From the human T2T-CHM13v2.0 reference genome, Homo sapiens, in assembly GCF_009914755.1 (NCBI RefSeq), contig NC_060945.1: a DNA stretch of 64,000 nucleotides. One strand, written 5' to 3'. Shown one piece after another: positions 54,147 through 64,000 of this stretch (position 1 is its first letter; each line of letters starts with the position of its first letter). The notes beneath the pieces are model-generated. The model ran no database searches. It saw only the letters and a program-made list of their open reading frames with translations, and was not told the DNA's origin. Both the position numbers and the translations under genes were made by a program.

Positions 54147-54566
54147 TTATCAAATTCACATATCTGTAGTTAAACACTATGATCACAGATCCATTGTCTG
54201 TAAAGTAAATAATGCAAATGAAATTCAGAAGTCAATTCTGACCCCAGCTCTACTATAGACAAAGTTGTTTCCAAAAACAAGTTTGATTTCAAGTTGTTGG
54301 ATTGAAAAAAACAAAAAACAAAAAAGTATATACTCTGCATATCTAGATATTACTTTTAGCTTTGCTAATCTAGTTCTCTTTTCTATCTTAAAATAACAAA
54401 TAGAAAGATAGTCTTCTTTTTAAATTGAAAACATAATATAAAAAGTTGTAATTGTTTAACTGTATACATACACACATATATACATATAGACATGCACAAA
54501 TACATTTATGTACACACATTCTTCCCTTTTCATATCACTTTCCATTTTTATTTTTCTTTAAAAGCA

Positions 54567-54689
54567 TTTTTTGAGACATGGCTATCACTGTATCACCCAG
54601 TCTTTAATCAAACTCATGGGTTCAAGTGATCCTCCCACCTCAGCCTCCCAAGTAGCTGGAACTGCAAGGATGTACCACTATGCCTGGCT
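54567..54689 (-). mobile_element. FLAM_A-like Alu monomer
   Basis: Monomer ...TCAAGTGATCCTCCCACCTCAGCCTCCCAAGTAGCTGG...ATGCCTGGCT. Confidence 0.8.
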
Positions 54690-56011
54690 CCATTTTCAAG
54701 TAATAAGGAAACACAGATTTGACCAAGTAGTGCTGGGATTTGTTCATTAGAAATCCATTTCAAAAATATTTTGAAAACATGGTCAAGACACATAATGCAC
54801 CTGATAGCGTACTTGAATTATTCTATCAAAAATATGCAAATAATAAATTTATTGATGTATATACATTACACCTAGCTTTGTGTTTTCTCCTTTCTATCTT
54901 CTGCCCAAAGTGGGATATGTTACTGCCTATGAGCCACCATAGAGCAAACACTAGAGTGACTGCTTACTTTTTTTGTAGCCTTCTAGATATTACATCATTG
55001 GAATGTCAGACAAAGCCTTGAAATTCATACTCCATCAAGTATGTGATTTTTGTAATACTTTAGGAACAGAATAAATTTTAAAATATTTCACAGGATTGTG
55101 AAATTTTTACCCACCAGTGTCTAGGTGTACATGAAACTCTTCAGATTTTGTTTTCACCCCTTCTCACCCAACCTCCTTTTTACAACTGCTCTCAGTTATG
55201 ACCAGCACTTTACACTTTTAAAAGTACACATGACTTAACTGTCATAAGCCATCAGAGGAAAAACATTTGGCCTTATGTTAAAGAACTTTTTCACATGTTT
55301 TATCATTTCTACAAGATTTTAAGCTTTTTGAAGACATGGAACTATTTCTCGTGTAGCACTTTACACATATGCAGTACTCATTTTTTATTAAATATTAAAG
55401 GAGTGAAAGCCATCTTCACACTATTCTATGATTGGATTATCTGTATGTTTTTTCTGGGCCACTGAAGATTAAGTTGAATAAACGAGGAGCTGGCACAAAC
55501 CCTGACAGATAGTAGAAAGTTGACATCCTAACAGAGACAAAGAAAGAAGTATAAATGAAGATAATGAAACTCAAAATATAAATAAAAAATAAATATAACA
55601 TAATATAATAAAGAATATAAAATATAAAGACGATGTAGATTAGGGGTAAATAAATTCTATTTTTTAAAAACTGTATGGACCTTCTACTTTGGGCAGTAGG
55701 CTACATAGACATTGAATATTACAGCAATTTAAAGGATCATATTCTTTTTTGTGAAAGACTATCTTGTTCCATTAAGGAGATGGGACACTCTGTTCAATCA
55801 AAGTGCAAAATCAAAGCCTATAATCATGACACCTAGAAAACTAAATTTACCTAGAAAGCTAAAATTATGATAATGTTTTCTGTTTTGTAACTCCAAATAT
55901 GCAATAGTTTCTAAATATATATAATATATATATTTAGATACATATATTTAGATAAAATAATATATAATATATTTAAAAACATATTTTTTATTTTAAAAAT
56001 TATTTTAAATA

Positions 56012-56196
56012 GTCTTTGGTTAAGTTAATTTCTAGGTATTTCTTTGGTTAGTTTCTACATACTGAATTTTATGTGTGGCTTTTGTAAATGGAATTTTTTA
56101 AATTTCATTTTCAGGTTGTTTACTGTTCGCGTATAGAAATGCTACTGGTTTTTGTGTATTGATTTTGTATCCTGCGATTTTACTGAATCAGTTTAT
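56012..56196 (-). mobile_element. L1M ORF2 fragment
   Basis: GTATAGAAATGCTACTGGTTTTTGTGTATTGATTTTGTATCCTGC is homologous to 16565-16625. Confidence 0.8.
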
Positions 56197-58288
56197 GTAC
56201 AAATCACATACATTCTTTTTTTTCTTTTTAGTTACACAGGTATTTTGTAAAATGAAGTTATTCTTCACAAACATAATATGAATGAAATTATCCTTGCATT
56301 ACTCTAAAAATGAATGTTATAGATAAACAAAAATCAATGTTTTCACCCATATTAGTATGGTAATCTAGAAAAGTTTGTATGCAGAACATGGACAGTAAAC
56401 TCCTTCTATAGTCCATGAGATGATTGCAAGTATAAATCTTACGAGATTTCCATTTGGTTCTCCTGGAGATAAGGGATGCTTAAAAACTGACGTATTCAGT
56501 CCAGTGGCCATTAATATGGGGATAATCTGGAATATTCCATTGTGGATCTGGAACAAATTTAACACAATTCACTACAGACGGCAGTGTATGAATAATCCAT
56601 GTGTTTTGCTAATTCTGCCTGCTCTTGGTTCAGTGACATGCTTTTTAAGGAGAATCTGTCATTACACATGCAGAAGACATTCAGGCCTGGGGGATATCAC
56701 TACTCCAGCATAACCTCAAGTTAGTGGGGAGATTAAAGTCTGAAGTCAAAATTATTTCATCTGAAGTCAAAATTGTTATAAAATTGAAAACACATACTTG
56801 AGGGTAAAGTGAGGTCATAGAGTGACTTTTCAAAAGCAGAATATACTCTCTATAACTGAGAAAAGACAGAGGAAGAGTGCCTGGTGGGCTGTGGTAAACA
56901 GAAAACCGAGGTGCAGCTCCTTTTGTGCACTCAGACACCATACTGGGTTGTTCACTGGATTCACTCTACCTTTCTAGGATGGCATTAATTAATTATTATT
57001 CATTTTTCATTCTTCAAAACACCCACATTTGCACCTAGATATTGCTTGAGCATATTCATTTGACTGTGGAGAAACATACTTATCAAATAATCCAGTTGCA
57101 ATAAGGGAATAATGAACAGGTATTTTCAGTTCTGGGGGTCATGCCCTACCCAGCAGTACTCCCAATTAATGGTTCAAATATGGGATTGGCTCTTCACTGG
57201 GCAGCTCTGGCTCAAGCTTCACTTCTTTCCAAAGGCTTTTCCACTTACTTGAGGTGATGCAATTGATGATGTCATATGTACATTTGATATTGAATCAAGA
57301 AAGCCCTGATGATGCCTCCCATTAAATAGAAAGAAATGTCTTGAATATTTATGATTTTGTTATTTAAGTCTGAATAAAACCTTTCATTTGCTAAATGGTT
57401 GTTCTTATAGCCCATCCTTTCCTTTAAATCTGAAATTAGTTAATACATAAAATATAACTCCTAAGTGGTCAAGAAAGATGCCAGACTTCCTAGACTGCTA
57501 TACTTAACATGCAAACCTCACTTGGCATGTAAACCAGAAAATGAAATATTGTGAATGGTTACCGTAAATGTCTTCTTAAACGAAGTCCAATTAATAAAAC
57601 AACTAATAGTTTTACTGGTCTGCAACATCTTTGACTACCCAAATTTATTCATTTTAAACTTGACGTGATTTATCATTTTTAACTCAATACAGCACTAGGA
57701 CCTCTTTAAAATTTCATAGAAAGAAAGGATTTATGACATATATTTAAAATTTATTGGCTAATTTTTTTTAAAAATTTCAAATCAATTTATTTCAGGCCAT
57801 TGTAATCTGGTTTATATGGTCCCAGAGGGATGACTGTGGAACCCCAAATTCTTAGACCAGTCAAAACCCCACTGAATCTGCCAGACAAAGATTGAATGAA
57901 GACCTGAAGGCCAAATCTCTAGATCTGAGAAGACAAAATATCTAAAAGCAGCAGAAGAGGCATTATACAAAATTACTTAGAAAAAGCCCTTATATTAAAA
58001 ATTACATATTATTCAGTTTCTCTGTTTTGGAAAATTAAAAATTAAATGTACAATTTTTATATTTATTACAAAAGTAAGGGTTAAAACCCTAAACCACTTA
58101 AAACACCAGTTTTACCACACACTTAAACACAGAACTCTTCCCCAATGCGTGATGGGTAGCATTATACTAGCAAAGATAACCGTACTTTATGAACTTCATA
58201 CTTGTGTAAGTTGATTAGGGAAACTATTTTTAGAGTTATCAATCGAATCAATTCACATAAATTGCTTGGCACAATATCTGTACTTTAG

Positions 58289-58644
<356 letters not shown>

Positions 58645-58789
58645 CTATTTGTGTTTATTAACTAAAATGTTTTAACTATAACTTTTAAGTGTGTTAATAC
58701 ATATTGACTCATGTCAGTAATGATAAAACCTCATTTCACTTTTTGGTTGGTGTTTTAAGAACTTATGTTTATTTAAAATTCATCATTCC

Positions 58790-58860
58790 ACTATGCAGCC
58801 ATCAAAAGGAATGAGATCATGTCCTTTGCAGGGGCATGGATGAAGCCATTATCCTCAGCA
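58790..58860 (+). mobile_element. Isolated 71-bp L1PA ORF2-end fragment
   Basis: ACTATGCAGCCATCAAAAGGAATGAGATCATGTCCTTTGCAGGGGCATGGATGAAGCCATTATCCTCAGCA; no 3'UTR or poly-A. Confidence 0.85.
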
Positions 58861-59109
58861 TATATACATTATTACCTCAAAATATACATTATTACCTACT
58901 ATCATTACCTGCATTTAGGCCTTGCTTTTAAATTTCTCTTTGTGATCGACATGGTTTTCTTTCTTTCTGACAAATTAATTTCAATATCCTTATTATTGTC
59001 ATCAACTACTTTACCCTCCTGCTTTGCATGCCATCTCTGCCCCTCCATCCATCCCTGTCAAGTGCCACCTACAACCACAGCACACCATACCACAGTGTTT
59101 CTTATAGGC

Positions 59110-59388
59110 TTTTTTATTTTTTTCTGTTGCCTAGGCTGGAGTGCAGTGGCACCGTCTCAGGTCACTTCAACCTCCGCCTCCTGGGCTCAAGCGAGTCTCC
59201 CGCCTCAGCCTCCTGAGTACCTGGAATTGCAGGTGCCCATCACCATGCTCAGCTAATTTTTGTATTTTTAGTAGAGACGAGGTTTCACCATGTAGGCCAG
59301 GCTGGTCTCGAACTCCCAACCTCAAGTGATCTACCTGCCTCAGCCTCCCAAAGTACTGGGATTACAGGTGTGAGCCACTATGCCCTGC
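59110..59388 (-). mobile_element. AluSz-like, missing the last ~15 nt before the tail
   Basis: Dimer with TSD TTCTTATAG(G/C)CTTTT at 59099 and 59389. Confidence 0.9.
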
Positions 59389-59823
59389 TTCTTATAGCCT
59401 TTTTTATTAATCTATTTTTTCCCAACTTCTTGGTCTAAATAAATCTGAATTTTTCAACTAGTTTGCCTCATGCAATTTTCTCCTCTATTGATTCTCAAGG
59501 CATGAATCATCAAAGCGGTCTTGTCAAAAGGAAACATTATTTTTTTACTAAAATTATGAAGAAATTGAAGCAAATGTGATTTCAAAGACCTAACTTTATC
59601 CAATTTTCTACTTTTTTCCAAGCTCTACATTTTCACAGTAAAACTTCTGTTTTATCTTTTAACAACATGATAAAGAAAAACACAGATGGAAGAACATTGA
59701 GGGGGAATTCCTAAATGGGAGCAGTTAGCAGCTATGAAAATGTAGATATTCAAGAAGAAAAGAAAAAGTAAGCAAAACTGAATCATGAGACCATAGAAGA
59801 GTCAAAAAAATGTCAATTTATCT

Positions 59824-60142
59824 CAGCTTTCTGCAAACTACAACCCATGGGCCAAATTCAAGGTCTGTTTTTGTACAATCTACACATTAAGAATGGTTTT
59901 TACAATGATACGTGTTAGAAAAATGTTTAGAAAGTCATATTTTATGATGTGAAAATTGATAAAATGTTGTTGTCCATAAATAAAGTTTTATTGGAACACC
60001 ATCACACTTTCATTTATGTATTTTCTATGACTGTTTTTATGCTGTAACAGCAGAATTAAGCAGTTGCGACAGAGATCATATGACATGCAGCATGTAAAAC
60101 ATGTATTATCTAGCCCTTCATAGAGAAGTTTGCTGTCTCCAG
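59824..60142 (+). mobile_element. MER58B (hAT-Charlie) non-autonomous DNA transposon
   Basis: Termini CAG...GCAAACTACAACCCATGGGCCAAAT and GAAGTTTGCTGTCTCCAG; internal AAATAAAGTTTTATTGGAACAC. Confidence 0.85.
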
Positions 60143-61381
60143 ATTTAGAACATTCCCCTAAGTTAATTTTCCCAGCTGATTACATCACTGTTTATTGAGT
60201 ATCAGCTCTGGAATTTCAAGTTCAAATAAACCAAGGAGTACCTTCAGATTTTTTCATTAGAGTTTTTCTTTACAGTAACACAAGGTGGGAGCAAATAACC
60301 AGTAAGAGCAGTTACCTTCGTGTATCTGTCATTTTACAAAAAATTAACTGTTCATTTTGGGATAACTGTAGACTTATGCAGTTGTAAGAAATAAAACAGA
60401 GTTAGGTTAATCTTTATCCAGTTTCTCCAGTGCTAAAATCTTGAAAACTGTAGTACAATTGGAAAACAACGAAACAGTTGTACAAAACAGTACAACTGAA
60501 AACAATATTATAGCCCAGATGTTAACATTGATATAGACAAGATACAGAATGTTTCCATTACTATTAGAATCCCTTGTGTTGCCCTTCTATAGATACACCT
60601 GCTTCTCTCTCAATCCCATCTCTGCCTTCACTCCTTAGCAACTTACCTGTTTTCCATTTCTATAATTTTAACATTTCAGGAGTATGAAAATGTAATCACA
60701 GAATGTGATCTTTGGGGATTGGCCTTTTTCACTCAGCATAATTCTCTTGAAATCAACCACATTGCTGAGTTTATCAATAGTTTGCTTCTTATTGAGTAGT
60801 ATTCCAGGGTATGAATATACTACATTTTAACCACTCATCAGCTGAAATACATCAAGGTGGTTTCCAGTTTGGGGCTATTGTGAATAAAGCTTCATGTATA
60901 GATTTTTCATGTAAATAGAAATTTTTATTTTGGGGGAATACATTCCCATGAGTCAAATTGCTGGACCATATGTTAAGTGTTTGTTTCATTTTTAAAATAA
61001 TTTGGCAAACAATCCCCAGAGTGGCTGTATCATTTTACGCTTTTGTTAGTAATATATGAATGATCCAATATACTCACCTACATTTGGTGTTGCCACTACT
61101 GTTTTGTTTGTTTATGTTAGACCTTCTAACAGGTATGTGGTGATATCTCATTGTGGTTTTAATTTGCATTTCCCTAATGTGCTTGTTTGTCATCCATATA
61201 GCCTCTTGGGTAGAATGTGTCTTATATGTTTTGCCCATTTGCCATTTAGACTGTTTGATTTTTTGACTGTTGAGTTGTGAGAAGTCTTTATGTTTTCTAG
61301 ATACTGGTCCTTTTTCAGATAGATGGTTTGAAAAGATATTCTTCCAATCTGTGGCTTGTCTTTTCATTCTCTTAATGGAAT

Positions 61382-61885
61382 TGTTGGGTAGGAAGTGTAA
61401 TTTCTCCTCGACGCTCATAAATTCATAGTTCAAACAGACTTCAGTAGCAAAAGACAAACAAGAGAAAAACAATCAAGTTTATTAATATGCACAGTGCCTA
61501 TCACTCGGGAGAAACTTCAATGAAAGGTAACACAAGGGAGTGGCTTAGAAATCTGGTTTATATAGAATCTTCGACAAACAACAATGTATTTTAGAGAAAT
61601 GACATGACAAAGAAAAGCAGTTTTAGGCTTCCAGAGGCAGGAAGCTGTGGGAAGTTAAATATATAGAAAAAAACTAATGGAGTAAGATTTGTTTGTAGAT
61701 TCCTCTGGTGCCATCTCTCAGCTGATAAGAGTTGTTTCCAGAAAGGATTTATACCTTCTCCTTACATGGAAAAGGGTGAGGATAGACAGAGCTCTTCCTT
61801 TGTTGGCTGTTTCGTGATTGCCTTTAGCTCAACAATATTTGTGTCACAGAGGCACATTTTGGGGTGACATCTCTGGTTTCCTTCA
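61382..61885 (-). mobile_element. ERV1 solo LTR, MER34-family-like
   Basis: TG...CA, 504 bp. Minus strand begins TGAAGGAAACCAGAGATGTCACCCCAAAATGTGCCTCT. 4-bp TSD GAAT/GAGT; L1 sequence resumes on both sides. Confidence 0.8.
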
Positions 61886-62255
61886 GAGTATTTTATGGAG
61901 CAAAAGTGTTTAATTTTGATGAATCAACTTACCAATTTTTCTTTATGTATAGTGATTTTGTTATGAATTCCAGTAACTCTTTGCCTAGTTCCAGGTCCTA
62001 AAGATCTTGTTTTGTTATTTTCTAAAAGTTTTATAGTTCAATGTTTTACATTTAGGCCTGTGATCCATTTTGAGTTAATTTGTATGTAAGATGTGTTATG
62101 TAGATCAAAATTCTCCCTCTCTTCCCCTTCACTCCCCTCCTCTCTTTATTTGTCTCTCTCTCTTCCTCTCTCTCTCTCTGTCTCTCCTGTGGCTGTCCAA
62201 TTGCTGTGACACCATTTGCTGAAATGACTATCTTTTTTCTATTGAATTGGTTTTG

Positions 62256-62602
<347 letters not shown>

Positions 62603-63442
62603 CTAGGTTCCCTGTTCTATTCCGTTGATTGGTGTGTCTGTCTCTCTGCCAATACTGCCACACAGTCTTGATTAGAGTCACACAGTAACCTACTACTATT
62701 TTTATTATTACTAATTTATTTTACATATATTATTAGGTCTAATGTTAGTATATTATACTAGTTAAAAATCAGTCTTTACATCAAATAGACTAATTCCTGC
62801 TGCTATATATTTTTTCCCAAAATTGTTTCAGTTATTCTAGTTCCATTACATTTCCAAATACATTTGGAATACTTTTATCTATATCTATAATAAATCTTGC
62901 TGGGGTTTTGGTCAGAATTGAATTAAACGTGTATATCAATTTGGAGAGAACTAACATCTTTGTTGAGACTTGCAATCCATGAACATAACAATATCTCTCT
63001 CCAGATCTCTTAGGTTTCTTATCAGCATTTTGCAGTTTTCATCACACAAGTCCTGTACATGTTCTTTTATCTACACCTAACCAGTTCATTTTTTTAGCAA
63101 TTCTAGATAATATTGTGTTTTTATCTTCTTGGCTTATTGCTGATCTTAGGGAGAAAGCATTTAGTTTTTTACCATTAAGTATAATGTTAATTATAGGATT
63201 TTTTTTGTAAAAGATCTTTATCGAGTTGAGAAAGTTCACCTGTGTTCCTAGTGGTCTGAGAATTTTTAGTCATGAATGGGTGCTGAATTTTGTCAAGCGC
63301 TTTTTTTTAATTTTTGCTTTGATTGATATTATTATGTGATGTTTCTTTTTTAGCCTGTTGATGTGGTGAATTGTACTGATTGATATTTGAATATTAAACT
63401 GGCTTTGCATCCCTAGAATATACCTCACCAGGTCACTGTGTA

Positions 63443-64000
63443 CTAGGTTGGTGCAAAAGTGCTTGCCATTTTGGACCATGAATTTTGAATCATTAAAACT
63501 AGGCTCAAACACATCTGTATTAATCAAAGTAAGAACCATTACAATCAACACAATTTTGCCAACAAGAAATAAGTTTGTTTACTCCTGTAGCATAAAAATC
63601 CGTGCTTTGAGATTCGAGGAACTTTTGGAAAGCACTTTCTGCATCCTGCTGGTTGTGGAAGCGTTTTCCCTGCAAAAAGTTGTCAAGATGCTTGAAGAAG
63701 TGGTAGTCGGTTGGTGAGAGGTCAGGTGAATATGGTGGATAAGGCAAAACTTCATAGCCCAATTAGTTCAACTTTTGAAGCGTTGGTTGTGCAACATGCA
63801 GTCAGGCATTATTGTGGAGAATAACTCGGCCCTTTCTGTTGACTAATGCCAGCTGCAGGGATTACAGTTTTCAGTGCATCCTATCGATTTGCTGAGCAAA
63901 CTTCTCAGCTATAATGGTTTCACCAGGAATCAGAAAGCTGTAGTGGATCAGACCGGCAGCAGACCACCAAACAGTGACCATGACCTATTTTGGGTGCAAG
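63443..64000 (-). mobile_element. Hsmar1 mariner transposon, 3' part with dead transposase; continues beyond the window
   Basis: TA target (63441-63442) and TIR CTAGGTTGGTGCAAAAGTGCTTGCCATTTT. Peptide YEVLPYPPYSPDLSPTDYHFFKHLDNFLQGKRFHNQQDAE...CVDCNGSYFD. The upstream frame has several stops and HDNA>HNNA. Confidence 0.96.

Noticed and set aside
57251-57318. C/D-box snoRNA-like motifs (TGATGA 57264, CTGA 57306, GAGG/CCTC ends)
   Set aside because: C-to-D span is only ~46 nt, the C box lacks the leading purine, the stem is not adjacent to the boxes, and I see no recognisable guide.
63520-63762. SETMAR coding exon
   Set aside because: Flanked by a TIR and TA, has upstream in-frame stops, and has D rather than SETMAR's N; it is a free Hsmar1 copy.

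Overview
AT-rich, repeat-dense primate genomic DNA (human-like: AluJ/S/Y, L1PA/PB/MA, THE1, Hsmar1). I see no protein-coding gene; the ORF track is almost entirely repeat- or low-complexity-derived. The window reads as intron of a + strand transcription unit: nearly all L1s are antisense, and there is one well-formed 49-nt + strand exon (24905-24953). I tentatively recognise that exon, from memory and unverified, as belonging to the lncRNA MIR99AHG (LINC00478/C21orf34). Main elements: a full-length THE1 (MaLR) provirus (281-2567), a 104-bp ND2 NUMT with non-human-like residues (7832-7935), a 9-kb nested L1MA/L1PB complex with rearrangement scars (14610-23700), a twin-primed L1PB (35192-36537), a near-full-length MamSINE1 (46994-47241), a 26-bp minisatellite built from inverted GATA sites (53945-54146), and an old L1 carrying an ERV1 solo LTR and an Alu, abutting a dead Hsmar1 mariner that runs off the end. 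I find no convincing new multi-gene system. The best leads are the NUMT, the GATA-palindrome array, the micro-exon context and several templated-insertion scars. Repeat subfamily names come from recalled consensus features, not from a search.
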